Shown here: positions 1-12,820 of the stretch, one piece after another
Layout of the letters: each line of letters begins with the position of its first letter
Position numbering within the stretch: the first letter of the stretch is position 1
DNA from: the human T2T-CHM13v2.0 reference genome, Homo sapiens
Reading direction: 5' to 3' (one strand)
Assembly: GCF_009914755.1 (NCBI RefSeq)
Contig: NC_060943.1
DNA length: 64,000 bases
Notes under the pieces: generated by a model
What the model was told of the DNA's origin: nothing
What the model saw: the letters and a program-made list of their open reading frames with translations, nothing else
The model's database searches: none
Made by a program: the position numbers and the translations under genes

Positions 1-277
1 AGAACAAAAAACCAAACACTGCATATTCTCACTCATAGGTGGGAATTGAACAATGAGAACACATGGACACAGGAAGGGGAACATCACACTCTGGGGACTG
101 TTGTGGGGTGGGGGGAGCGGGGAGGGATAGCTTTAGGAGATATACCTAATGCTAAATGACAATTTAATGGGTGCAGCACACCAGCATGGCACATGTATAC
201 ATATGTAACTAACCTGCACATTGTGCACATGTACCCTATAACTTAAAGTATAATAATAATAAAATTTAAAAAAAAAG
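1..277 (+). mobile_element. L1PA3-like LINE-1 3' end with poly(A) tail (runs off left edge)
   Basis: Canonical young-L1 ORF2 end/3'UTR (ctcactcataggtgggaattgaacaatgagaacacatggacacagg...cttaaagtataataataat) followed by an A tail. Confidence 0.93.
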
Positions 278-279
278 AA

Positions 280-1400
280 AGATGATCTCACCACGACCAA
301 GTGCAATTTATTCTTAGAATGCAAGGATATCTTAAAACATGAATTTTTTAACATATAAAAATTGATCAATGTGTACACATTAACAAAATAAAAGAAACAT
401 TGATCACCTCATGGATGCAGAGAAAAGTATTTTATGAAATTCAAAATCTTTTCAGGGTGAAAACACTCAAAAAAGTAGGAATTTTAAAACTAAAATACTA
501 CCATTGTGAAATCCACACATTAAAAAACCACATCAAACAATGTACTCCAGGGTGAAAGACAAAAAGCTTCTGCTCTAAGCTCAGGAACAAGGCAAAGGTG
601 TCTGCTTTTGCTATTTCTATTCCACATAGTGTTGGAAGTTCTAGTCAAATTAAGAATTAAAAAGAAACAAACTATCCAAATTGGAAATGTAGAGGTAAAA
701 TTACTCTAGCCTACAGATAATATAATTTTATGTGGAAAGCTCTAGAGATTTCACAGATCCACACAAAAAGTATTACAACTAATAAATTCAGCATAGTAGC
801 AGCATACAAAATTAACATGCAAATATCACTTGTGTTTCTATACAGTAATGATGAATAATTAGAAAACAAAACTAAGCAAACAAGCACATTTACAATAGCA
901 CTGAAAAGAATAAAATACGTCGGGAGTAACAAAAAAAGCAAAAAATTCTATTTTGCAGAAATAGAAAAATCCTACCTAAATTTCATATGGAATCTCAAGG
1001 GACCCCAATGAGTCAAAATTATCTTGAAAAAGAAGTCCAGTGTTACAAAATGTACACTTATTCATTCCAAAGCTTAATACAAAGTTCCAAAATAGTGTGG
1101 TACTGGCAAAGAGACACACATATGGACACTGGAACAGTATAAAGCAGCATATGGTCAAATAATTTTTGATGGGGATACAAAGACCGTTCAATGGGCAAAG
1201 GACTGTCTTTATAACAATTGGTGCTGGGAAAAAATGGATATCCACAAGCAAAAGGATGAAGTTGAACATTTACCCTACACCATAAACAAATAAAAATGCA
1301 TCAAAGACCTAAAGGTAAGAACTTAAAGTATAAAATTTTTGAATAAAATATAAGTAGAAAACATCATGACAATATCACAAATATAATGACACATTTAAAA
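280..1400 (+). mobile_element. Old L1M ORF2 fragments
   Basis: A-rich degenerate ORF2-like sequence (e.g. ctaagctcaggaacaaggcaaagg, aaattcatatggaatctcaagggaccc, ggtgctgggaaaaaatggatatcc). Confidence 0.75.
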
Positions 1401-1410
1401 AAGTAGATGT

Positions 1411-1718
1411 GGCCAGGCATGGTGGCTCACGCCTGTAATCCCAGCACTTTGGGAGGAGGAGGCAGCCGGATAACGAGGTCAAGAGATTGAGACCATCCTG
1501 GTCAACATGGTGAAACCCCGTCTCTACTAAAAATACAAAAATCAGCTGGGCGTGGTGGCGCATGCCTGTAGTCCCAGATACTTGGGAGGCTGAGGCATAA
1601 GAATCGCTTGAACCCAGGAGGTGGAGGTTGCAGTGAGCCGAGACAGGCCACGGCACTGTACAGCCTGGTGACAGAGCGAGACTCTGTCTCAAATAACTAA
1701 AAAAGAAAAAAAGAAAAA
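1411..1718 (+). mobile_element. AluSc-like SINE
   Basis: Full dimeric Alu with acgaggtcaagagattgagaccatcctgg; TSD aaaaagtagatgt / aaaaagtaggtgt. Confidence 0.92.
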
Positions 1719-1779
1719 GTAGGTGTAAAACTATCCATAGTAGATACTCTCATTTACATAAAATCCAGTAAGAAAACAA

Positions 1780-2620
1780 AACTGAAGTTCTGGCTTCCGG
1801 TAATACTGGAGTAGCTTGCTAAACTAACACTCTCACAGATAACAATGATACAATCTGGATAAAATATTATATATAGTTACATAGAAACATTCATCTATAT
1901 ACAATACATACATACGTGTGTGTAACTGAATGAGAATTTCAACCTTTCCCACCGTAGGGAAGATAATTATTCTGTTTGAATTCAGCCACATTTACCCCCT
2001 CTTCAAATAATAACAATGCTCTTCCAAAGAATACAACAGAATTTAGTCTCTATAACTAATATTTATAATTTCTATTACACAATATTAAAATTCATAAAAT
2101 GTGTGAAGAAATGTAACATGCAAACTATACACAAGATAAAAAGCAGGCAGCAGAAGCTATTTCTAAGATGTCCGAGATGATGTAATCAGCAGACAAGTAT
2201 TTCAGGGCAGCTATTATAAGTACGTTCATGGGGGTAAAGGAAAATATTCTCATAATGAATTAACTCATGTAGAGTCTCAGCAGAGACATGGAAATTATAA
2301 AAAGAGTAAAATAGAAGACAATAAAATAATAAAATAAAAAGAACTTTTAGTTTACAGAGTAGAAACAGAAGACAGCAATAGAAACCATCCAATCTGAAGA
2401 CTGAAACAAGTTTAAAGAAAATGAAAAGAGCCTAAGAGACCTGTGAAATGATTGAGTCTGAGACAGAGAGGGAGAGACAGAAAAATTAAATATAATACAA
2501 AAACAAATAAACAATAGCTGAAAATTTAAAAACTTGGTCAAAACCGCAAATTCTTATATTCAAAAGGTGAACACACTCCAAAACAAAAACAAAAACAAAT
2601 AAAACCATATCGAGGCCCTA
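1780..2620 (+). mobile_element. Old L1M 5'/ORF1-region fragment
   Basis: Degenerate ORF1-like A-rich sequence (gaaaccatccaatctgaagactg, gagcctaagagacctgtgaaatg). Confidence 0.55.
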
Positions 2621-3529
2621 CTGTGATTTAGAAAACTGGCAGAGCAAGATTTTCCAGGGAGTTGCTATGATTTCTCATTTTCACTATTTATAATAATGGA
2701 AAATATGCACTCCTTAGTTTTCTTCTTGGAGAAAGTCTGACTTGTCAAACACAGATGACTTTTCAGTTTAGTTTTCAAGGTTTAATTTCTTACCTTGGAA
2801 ATCAATTAAATTTGTTTCTTTAAAATGTCGCAGTAAAATTGCTCCTCCAGACAGATGTCCACGGAGATTCTGTCCTGCTGCGTCCGCCTTTCACAGAACT
2901 GAGGTTGTTGCTACACCAGTTTCAGAAGCGTGTAGGCACGCTTTATTACAGTGGCAGCAGCGTCCCTGTGCGAGGTCTAACCCAGGTGTGGGCCCTGCAG
3001 CCAGCCCGGGGGTCCAATGGGTCCTCCTATGGAGCACAGGAAGAATCGTGGCAGGCCAGAGATAGACAAAAGGTGGCTTTTAAAAGGGAAGTGTCAGGTT
3101 ACCAGTGACTGGGTACTTTTACACGCGGACCTTCGGCCCTGCCCATAGAAAGGGGCAGCACTGCGCATCTCTGAAGGAGTGTGGCAAAGGGTGGGGCAAT
3201 AAGAAGGGTGGGGCAGAAAGGAGTGGCCCCTCAGGAGGAAGGGGCGGGGAGATCCCAGCTACTAGAGGACGCCCGTTCCAATGGCAACTCTGCCAAGGCG
3301 CCTATGAGAGCCTCTTGGCTTTTACCTGGTCTGCGAGAAATCAAACTTTGGGCACAAGTCATGAAGCCGACAAGCCCGGGAGACACAGTGTCAGAATTAC
3401 AAGGTGAGATCAGCCGCCCGGCCAAGCTATCTTCTCGCTAGCAGGTGAGGCCCGTGAACAGCCAAGCTCCCCTTGGCACGGCGGAACCGCAGTGGACGCG
3501 TGGAGGGGCTCCGTAGAGGAGGGACCTTT

Positions 3530-4300
3530 GCTTGGGATGCGGGGAGCTGTAGTCTCTTATCTGCACCCAGCTTGTTAGTTGTACGCCTGCAGGACTACAA
3601 TCTCAGCACAAAGCAGGATTGTAGGGCGGTGCGGATCCCTGGAGGGAGACAGCGCGGTGCGCTCCTGCCGGCCATGCTGGCTGGGGTGGTGTCTTAGGCG
3701 GTTCCAGCCGTTAGTCACAGGGCGGCCGGACTACAATCCCAGCATACAACGGGAGTGGAGGTGGTGACCTTGAGAGAGGGCCTGTGCTGTGCGCGCCTCG
3801 CGGGGCATGCTGGGAGCAGTAGCATCTTAGCTGCTTCCGGCCGCTGGTCGCAGGGCTGCGGGACTACAATCTTCGCATGAAATGGAAGAGAGGGTGGTGC
3901 GGATAGCTTGAGGAAGGTACGGATACCTTGAGGGAGGTATGGATACGTTGAGGGAGGTACGGATACGTTGAGGGAGGTTACGGATACGTTAAGGGAGGTA
4001 CAGCAGCGGTGCGCGCCTTGCAGGGCATGCTGAGAGGAACAGTTTTTTAACTGCTTCTGGCTGTTGGTGGCAGAGCTGCGGGACTACAATCCCAGTATGC
4101 TACGGGAGTGGGGATGATGCTGGTCCCTTGAGGGGGGGGGGCAGCGCGGTGCCCTCCTGCCGGGCATGCTGGTAATAGTGTCTTAGCTGCTTCCGGCCGT
4201 TGGTCGCAGGGCTATGGGACTACAGTCTCAGCATGCGCAGGGTTCAAGGGTGTTGCGCAGCCCCGCAGGGAGGGGCAGGGCGGTGTTGACCTCTGTTTCC
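3530..4300. repeat. ~135-bp degenerate tandem repeat, ~5 copies, ACRO1-satellite-like
   Basis: ggactaca(a/g)tc recurs at 3592, 3729, 3862, 4081, 4217 (spacing 137, 133, 219, 136) with shared flanks (gcatgctgg...tcttagctgcttccggccg). The ACRO1 assignment is from recall of its consensus. Confidence 0.75.
3901..4001 (+). repeat. 20-bp minisatellite x5 (ggatacgttgagggaggtac)
   Basis: Five direct copies starting at 3901, 3921, 3941, 3961, 3982. Confidence 0.95.
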
Positions 4301-5889
4301 AAACCCATGCTGGCTACTGAATCTGTGCCACCCCTGGCTAAGGGGAGTGAGTCCATAGAGGGACTTGAAGGGCAGGTCTGGGCTGGGCAGTGAGGAGAGT
4401 ATGACACTGCAAAGTGCGCCTCGCCTTTGCCAAAATCGGTCGGGTCTCAGGCTCACCCCACCTCCCGCTGCTCAGTTCCGTTTCCCTCCAGAGCATCAAG
4501 CCTCCTCCCGCCCAGGGGGCCTCCTGCTTTCCTAAGCTGCTGTGGAATCGGCCTGAGGTCCCAGACGCTGTCCATTGTGCTGCTGCTCTCTGCTTTCTCC
4601 AGCCAGAGTGCCAGTTCATCCGCTTTTGGGAGAACTCCGCCGCCTGGCCTGCCCGCGGAAAAGGTCACAGCTTTGCAGGGGGTGACATGGGCTATGGCTT
4701 CCTGGAAATGTCACCCTCACTAGCGCCTTTTAGATAGATGTGAATTTTGAGACATGAGGGAGAGTAATTATTGGTTTACCCAGGAGATGCTAAGAGCAGA
4801 GGAGAAAACCCTAATTTCCAGGCATGTGTCCTGAGCCAGGGACAGGCTGGCCAGACCCTAAGCTCCCAGTGCCGCCAGAGAGCAGCCTACTGCCCTGATT
4901 TGTGTGGAATCCCCTTCGTGCTGCTGGGCCTTAGCGTCAGGGACAGCCCAGTCAGGTGAAGGTGGGGATGACCCATGGGCTTCTGGAAGTGGGTTGGTGG
5001 TCCTGGGAGGGCCAGCCCATCCCCCCTTGGAGAAGGTCTTTGTGCTGAAGGATGCCCACAGAGGCCTGGGTACCAGGAACACTGCTCTAGGCAAGGTGCC
5101 TTTCTTCCAGATTTGGCTGAAAGGAAGGAAGACTTGGTCAGCTTTTCCACCCAGCCATCTGGCCCTTACAGGGCTGCTCCCCATGGACCTGGGTTTGTAG
5201 AGTCCTCCAGGGCTTTGTGTGGCCCACTAGTTCTGATACTGAGGACACCCCTGCAGGCTGTTAATTTCAGAACAAGGGGTGTGTGCAGACTGGGGCATGG
5301 GTGCTGTCAGGGTACCCCAGGCTGCTCCAGGGACGGTACCCCAGTGTTCAACTTGGCTTGGGGCCCCCTGCCTCATGCCCTTACTCCAGGGCTGCTTGGC
5401 CTGGGCTTGAGCCATGGTCCAGAACTCAGGTGGCCCCATTGCCACCTAATATAAGGGCCTGTCTCCACAGTGGGTGAGACGCCCCTGGGCACTGGGCTCT
5501 TCAGTCATCCAGGGCTATCCACTCCATGGCATGAGTTCCCACATTCAGCTGAACTCTGTCTGGCTCTGGACTGGGGTCCCTCCTGTGCCCTTTCCCTGAA
5601 TCCTCTCTGGGTCCGAGACACTGATCCTCTTCACTCTCTGGCTTAAGGCTTGTTCTCCTGACCTCCTTGGAGGGGTGCTCAGGATTGAGGACCCCTGCTG
5701 TTCTCTGGGGCTGTTGGTACTTGGAGGTGTGGGTGTTGGCTTGCACTGAGAAGTCCAACCCCTTCAGTGCCCTTCAGGGGTCCTTTAAGAGCAGGAGTGA
5801 TAGGGTGTGGGGGAGTGCCTTAGAGGGGTCTTGCCCTCATCCCCTGCCCTGTCTCTGAGACGTGTCCAGTAAACCTGAGGTCAGCACCT

Positions 5890-6280
5890 CAGGAATGAAA
5901 TAATGTCTTTTGCAGCAACTTGAATGAAGCTGGAGGCCATTATTCCAAGTGAAATAACTCAGGAATTAAAAATCAAATGCCATATGTTCTCACTTATAAG
6001 TTGGAGCTAAGCCATGCGTATGCAAAGGCATGTGGGGTGACATAATGGACTTTGGAGACTCAGACATGAGGGTGGCAGGTGGATGAAGGATGAAAAAACT
6101 ACCTGTTGAGTACAATATATACTACTCAGGTGACAAGTGCACTAAAATCTCAGAATCCAACACTATATAATTCATTCATGTAACCAAAAACCACTTGTAC
6201 CCAAATGATATTGACATTAAAAAAAATTTAAAACTAACAAAATTTATAATAAAAGCTTTTTAAAAAATAAAAAATAAAAA
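5890..6280 (+). mobile_element. L1PB-type 3' end
   Basis: ORF2 end plus 3'UTR (atgttctcacttataagttggagctaagc...gtaaccaaaaaccacttgtacc) and an A-rich tail. Confidence 0.85.
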
Positions 6281-7229
6281 CAGTGTCAAAGTGTTAATTT
6301 CTTGTGCATTGCATAGCAAGCCCCTTTTGCTCAGTACCACACTCACTACTGGAGAAACAAAACCTTGAAAATTAAAGAAGAACCTGCACATAAATGATAA
6401 TTCTGATAAGTTATTTATACACTGCCTACATGAATATTACAGATATGTGTTAAAGACAAAGATCTATGTTAGATTGGGTCAGCTTTATGCTTGGTCATTA
6501 TATTTCCAATTCTTCTCTCTCAAAATACAACAGTCATGGGTTGCCATGGTGATTATTCCAAATGCATTGTGATCATATGGAACTGGTGACGTGTTCTCAT
6601 TTCCCTTTCAGTTATAAAATAAGCCTGATGTTCCTAGCCATCAAAATCTCACTAACACCTAACTACTTCAGTTTCAACTGTGGTTCCTATTTCAAGACAA
6701 TCACTCAAGGTTGCAAATCACAGAAAGACAAGAATGTTTTCATTAACCAAAACATTAATCAAAAATTATACCCCTTGAGGCCATGTAATTTGGTTTTTAT
6801 TTAGTTTATTGTCTATTCAGGTCCATAAAGCCTACAACTGCAACAATATATACAGTTCATGATGACTTAATATTTATTGAATAGTAAAATTAATACATGT
6901 TAAGAGTAGATCTGGCTTCAGGTAATCAGGGCTGAAGTGATATGTGCAGTGGTCAAGGACAAATGTCAATGTATAATCTGACCTCCTGCAGTCGAAACAC
7001 ACATCAATACTTTAAATGCCTCAGAAGAAAGTCACGTAGGAGAATAAATGAAAGAAAATAGAAAAGTTGTTAATTAGATTAAGAAGGAATTAAACCTGGT
7101 TTTAAAATAGAGAGATAAAGACATACAATATAAAAATACTGAAGAACAAGTAGCATAGGCAGAGGAGCACTAAAGGTATAACAGGAAAGAAATATATCTA
7201 AAAATATTAGTTTCTGAGTTAAGATTGTA

Positions 7230-8110
7230 GATGTAGAGACCTGACAAAAAGAGTTGTTCCTACACATTAACCAACCAAACAAACAAAAAAGCTGGAGAAA
7301 CTACAAACGCATGGTCGATTTCTCCTGAGCCCTTTAGAGAACTGAGGTCATGGGGAAGACAACAAACTCAACATCAGGGCATGCAGGAGCCTGGCCCCAG
7401 GCTTTCAAGTGCACCCTGGTGAACTGGTATAATTAAGCCAGAACATTTGAACTAGTTCCTGGTGGCTGTGTGTCAGTGGGTGAGGAGAATGAGAAACCCT
7501 GGAGTCTACAGACATAGAGTTTACATTTTTCTGTATATTTTTTCTAGGAACACTACAAGGCCTGTTAGAGAAGAAAGGGTAGAATCCCGAGAATGTTTTC
7601 CCCACAGTGCTGATAAGGAGAGACCACTATCCCATCTACTGCTACAGCTCTGGAGACAGAGCTCTCCCACCTGTCATATAGAACACAAGGACCAATCTGC
7701 AGAGAAAGAGCATCCAAACCTGATCCAGTGGACACTGGGGAAAAACTCACCACAGCTGAGTGTGGAAAAACAAGGCCAACACACACATCTCTGCACAGAT
7801 ACATCTCCCATAAAGAAACTAAAGTGTTAATTTACAGGGCACTGTTGCAGACCCACTTCAGCTGGAAGCTAGGAACATGGACAAGGAGCCTCTCTACCAC
7901 CAAGGGAGAGAGAGGAATGTGCTCTTGTCCTGGCATTGCATCCACAGGAGGGGCAGGAAATTCTTTGAAGGTCAGTAACCCCATACCCCAATTAACAGTG
8001 CTTAAGTGTGAGGCTCCCTCAGAACATCAGAGATATCCTCACTCCCTCACCCCTGCCACCAGGCTAAGAAGCATGGAGCAAAAAAAAAAAAAAAAAAAAA
8101 CAGAACAAAA
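7230..8110 (+). mobile_element. Old L1M 5' region fragment
   Basis: Resemblance to ancient L1 5' sequence (agctggagaaactacaaac, agagcatccaaacctgatccagtgg); highly degenerate. Confidence 0.45.
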
Positions 8111-8169
8111 CAGCGGAATATAGCTGGGCCAAGTGCAAGAGACCAAAGTATAATGAGAGGGATTTGAAT

Positions 8170-8440
<271 letters not shown>

Positions 8441-9108
8441 TAGATTTATACTTCAGTATATGTCAGGCAGACTGTAAAGAACTCTATCAGAATATTGATA
8501 AAATAATGCAACACTAAATATTAAATATTATATACTTATATATAATTATTATATTGCCCAAAATAGCATATTCTCTAATGCGTATTTTGCAGTAGGTTTG
8601 TAAATAGCTTCTTTCTCTCATGACAATCTTTCTTCTTTTTCTAATGTCTGATCAAGCCCATAGACTTTATAATCAGTCTTTGGTTCCTGGTCCATTTAAT
8701 TAATGGTGGTGTTTTCCCTAACATCCATAATTGTGCATATGCTTTGTGGCTTACAGTATTAAGAATACCCCAATATATAAGTGAGGATAATGAAGATAAA
8801 CTTGATCTGTATTATCTGCCTTCTGAGAGTGCTCAGGGGCTTTACCTTCAACCGAAGGGCAAGCTGGTTGCTACGTCTCATAGTGAGTGCTGAGTTTTGC
8901 ATTTAGATTGATAAGTGTGTGCTGTATCCAATAGAAGCGAATTCTTCTTTACACTCAGATCGACCTATGTGACTTCATGGGTTTTTGTTCTATTTCACTC
9001 GGGTATGCCCAGGTTTTCAGATCTCATGACTACTTTATTTTGGAGTTGCCAGACTCAGCAAATAAAAATACACGACACACAGTTAAGTTTAATATTCAGA
9101 AAGAAAAC

Positions 9109-10174
9109 TGTTGTGGGAAGTCAGGGACCCCAAACGGAGGGACCGGCTGAAGCCATGGCAGAAGAACAAGGATTGTGAAGATTTCATGGACATTTATTAG
9201 TTCCCCAAATTAATACTTTTATAATTTCTTATGTCTGTCTTTACTGCAATCTCTAAACATAAGTTGTGAAGATTTCATGGACACTTATCACTTCCCCAGT
9301 CAATATCCTTGTGATTTCCTATGCCTGTCTTTACTTTAATCTCTTAATCCTGTCAGCTGAGAAGGATGTATATTGCCTCAGGACCCTGTAATAATTGCAT
9401 TAACTGCACAAATTATACAGCGTGTGTGTTTAAACAATATGAAATCTGGGCACTTTGAAAAAAGAACAAGATAACAGCAGTGTTTAGGAAACAAGATAGA
9501 TAGCCTTAAACTCTGACTGCTGGTGAGCCGGGCAGAACAGAGCCATATTTCTCTTCTTTCAAAAGCAAATGGGAGAAATATCGCTGAATTCTTTCTCATG
9601 ATGGAACATCCCTGAGAAAGAGAATGTGTGCCTGCGGGTAGGTCTCTGAACTGGCCCCCCTGGGCATAGCCTGTCTCTTATGGTCGAGGCTGCCGAGATG
9701 AAATAGACTCCAGTCTCCCACAGCGCTCCCAGGCTTATTAGGAAGAGGAAATTCCCGCCTAATAAATTTTGGTCAGACCAGTTGATCTCAAAACCCTGTC
9801 TCCTGATAAGATGTTATCAATGACAATGGTGCCCAAAACTTCATTAGCAATTTTAATTTCGCATCGGTCCTGTGGTCCTGTGATTGCGCCCTGCCTCCAC
9901 TTGCCTTGTGATATTCTATTATCCTGTTAAGTACTTGATGTCTGTCACCCACACCTAGTCGCACACTCCCTCCTCTTTTGAAAATCTCTAGTAAAAACTT
10001 GCTGGTTTTTGTGGTTTGTGGGCCATCACAGATCCTACCAACGTGTGATGTCTCCCCCGGACGCCCAGCTTTAAAATTTCTCTTTTGTACTCTGTCCCTT
10101 TATTTCTCAAGCTGGCCGACACTTAGGAAAAATAGAAAAAAACCTACGTGATTATCGGGGCAGGTTCCCCAATA
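9109..10174 (+). mobile_element. MER11 solo LTR (HERV-K HML-8)
   Basis: Starts tgttgtgggaagtcagggaccccaaacggagggaccggctgaagcc, ends gcaggttccccaata; 6-bp TSD gaaaac (9103-9108 / 10175-10180). Confidence 0.92.
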
Positions 10175-10250
10175 GAAAACAAATAACTTTTTAGTATAAC
10201 TATAAAATAAACATTTGCGTGTAATATTTCTATTCCCACCTATTATATAT

Positions 10251-10252
<2 letters not shown>

Positions 10253-10286
<34 letters not shown>
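10253..10286. repeat. (CA)n microsatellite
   Basis: Direct observation. Confidence 0.95.
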
Positions 10287-10889
10287 TCCTTTTGCTTACC
10301 TGAATTTCATATTTAATGTTCTTGGACTTTTTTTGTTGACCTCAATCCATAAGAACTGTAGTTCTCCCCAGTACAGTTTCAGCACCAATGACCAAGTCTC
10401 ATCAGAGAAGGAGGCCACATGATGATCTAGCAGATAGACTCTTTATTCAGTATGTGAGAGTCATTTACAGACTGGGGACATAAATTAGAAATGATGAGCT
10501 GGATGTCTTTTAGGGTGAAAAATTACTAAATTTCTAATCTATGTTACTTTTTCTATTTATTCTCTCTGTTACATAACCTATGATACAGACAGAATAATAA
10601 TATAATTCTGATACATGGTTAATGAATAATTCCACATATATACGTGATTTATATCCAAATATTGCTTTACTTGTAGTGGTTTGTTAACCTTCTAATGTGG
10701 AGATCATTGAGCCTTTCCGTGAGTATTCTCCTGGTGTTTCTCCTGAGTGCAACATGGCAACAGATTTTAACTGAGCTGAGGGCCCAAATGTGCATTGTTG
10801 AGAACTATCAATTGCTTGGTTCTGGAAGTTGAAATAAATATGTCCCTTTATTAGATTAAGTGCTTGAAGAAAAAGTAAATAAGATACTG

Positions 10890-10995
10890 CAATTTCTCCC
10901 TATAAACTCATACATATCAGGTATGCAGTTTCTTCTGTATAAACTCATACATATCAGATATGCACTTTCTCCTTTATAAACTCATACGTATCAGG
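10890..10995. repeat. ~37-bp tandem repeat, ~2.6 copies (tataaactcatacatatcagg...)
   Basis: Copies start at 10901, 10938, 10975. Confidence 0.9.
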
Positions 10996-11627
10996 TGGGT
11001 TTAGAGCAATATTCTACCTCAGCCATTATTCTCTGAGTACAAGCCAAGAATGCAAACTGTCACATGATCTGTATTGCCTTGCATATTTATGCTTATGGGC
11101 CAGAGTAGTTTTAACTGACGTTGAAAACAGTTGAACACTCTTACATCTCACGGGAGGAATAGAGTGAATATAAAAGATTTTTCTCAGCATTTTACAGCTG
11201 AATTGTTCTACATCCAGTATTAAATTGTTTTAATAAAATAATACTGCCAGCATCCAAAGATACCATGAGAACAATTTCTGAATTATTCAGTACAATTTCA
11301 TAATAATATTTTCATACGGAGATCTCTCAATTAACATATGAGAGAAATTGTCTTTATTATTTGAGAGCAAAGTATTTTTGAAGACATGAGTGGGTATCTT
11401 TATATTAAGTGAAGTCTTAAGAAAAAGATCCCCGTGTGAGCATTTTAATGTAACTTTATGAATGCCATAAATTTGAAAAATGTGTTTTTTGTTCTCTGGA
11501 AAATTGAGAGCAGGACTTTTTAACACTTCCATTCTGAGACGTTAAAGAGAGTTAATATAAGGGGTCTCATATAAAAACTAAGCTAGAGGAGAACCAAAGC
11601 GTTTTGAAAAGATACAGTTAGTACAAC

Positions 11628-12637
11628 TGTAGGGACCAGCCCCACAGGGTTGGTGGGTCTCTCCCCATGTGTGGAGACAAGAGAGTGTGTAGAAATAAAG
11701 ACACAAGACAAAGATAAAAGAAAAGGCAGCTGGGCCTGGGGGACCACTACCACCAAGTCGCGGAGACCGGTAGTGGCCCCAAATGCCAGGCTGCACTGAT
11801 ATTTATTGGATATAAGACAAAGGGGCAGGATAAGGAGAGTTAGCCATCTCCAATCATAGGTAAGGCCACGTGGGTCACATGTCCACTGGACAGGGGCCCC
11901 TTCCCTGCCTGGCAGCCAAGGCAGAGAGAGAGAGGAGACAGAGAGAAACAGCTTACGCCATTATTTCTGCTTATTAGAGACTTTTAGTACTTTCACTAAT
12001 TTTGCTACTGCTATCTAGAAGGCAGAGCCAGGTGTACAGGATGGAACATGAAGGCGGACTAGGAGCGTGACCACTGAAGCACAGCATCACAGGGAGTTGG
12101 TTAGGCCTCCGGATAACTGTGGGCGAGCCTGACTAATGTTAGGCTCCACAAGAAGTGGAGGAGTAGAGTCTTCTCTAAACCACCCCCACCCCGCGGGGAA
12201 AGGGAGACTCCCATTCCCGGTCTGCTAAGTAGCCGGTGTTTTTCCTTGACACTGAGGCTACCGCTAGACCACGGTCCGCCTGGCAACGGGCATCTTCCCA
12301 GACGATGGCGTTACCGCTAGACCAAGGAGCCCTCTGGTGGCCCTGTCTGGGCATAACAGAAGCCTCGCACTCTTGTCTTCTGGTCACTCCTCACTATGTC
12401 CCCTCAGCTCCTATCTCTGTATGGCCTTTTTTTTCCTAGGTTATGATTATAGAGTGAGGATTATTATAATACTGGAATAAAGAGTAATTGCTACAAACTA
12501 ATGATTAATGATATTCATATATAATCATATCTAAGATCTATATTTGGTATAACTATTCTTGTTTTATGTTTTATTATACTGGAACAGCTTGTGTCCTTGG
12601 TCTCTTGCCTCGGCACCTGGGTGGCTTGCTGCCCACA
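11628..12637 (-). mobile_element. LTR13 solo LTR (HERV-K HML-4)
   Basis: Minus strand starts tgtgggcagcaagccacccaggtgccgaggcaagagac, ends gctggtccctaca; 6-bp TSD tacaac (11622-11627 / 12638-12643). Confidence 0.92.
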
Positions 12638-12643
12638 TACAAC

Positions 12644-12820
12644 AATGTTCATATCCTAAACTCCAGAATCTGTGAATATCTTAGGTAATGTGACAAAGGA
12701 AAATTAAGATATAGATAGTGTCAAGGTTAACAAGCAGCTGACTTCATGATAAATTATCTTTATCATGAGCAGAAGCCTCATGTAATTAGAAGGGCGCTTA
12801 AATATGAAAGAGGGAGAAAA
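12644..12820 (+). mobile_element. MLT1 (MaLR) LTR fragment
   Basis: atgttcatatcctaaactccagaatctgtgaatat...gacaaaggaaaattaag...aaggttaacaagcagctgac resembles an MLT1 5' portion. Confidence 0.6.

Larger units (their letters stand above)
1411..3450 (-). ncRNA. LINC00662: 5' part of a spliced lncRNA, probably LINC00662
   Basis: Minus-strand splice signals are visible: donor CAG|GTAAAA at 3326/3325, acceptor ttcttcctgtgctccatAG at 3028-3027, donor AAG|GTAAG at 2794/2793, and an antisense-Alu acceptor at ~1689. Two 20-mers I recall as LINC00662 RT-PCR primers occur at 2913-2932 (minus) and 1657-1676 (plus). Spacing to the SLC25A1 pseudogene fits the recalled locus. Identity is from memory and boundaries are approximate. 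Confidence 0.7.
2850..4300. promoter_or_regulatory. CpG-island-like bidirectional promoter
   Basis: Sharp rise in GC and CpG; GC box ggggcggg at ~3240; ETS cttccgg at ~3834 and ~4190; about ten ZNF143/THAP11-type motifs; splice donors on both strands (plus aag|gtgaga ~3403 and cag|gtgagg ~3444; minus at 3326). Confidence 0.8.

Noticed and set aside
2839-5858. Cluster of 60-160-aa ORFs in the GC-rich region
   Set aside because: Overlapping on both strands, many with non-ATG starts, no recognisable domains; expected in GC-rich repeats.
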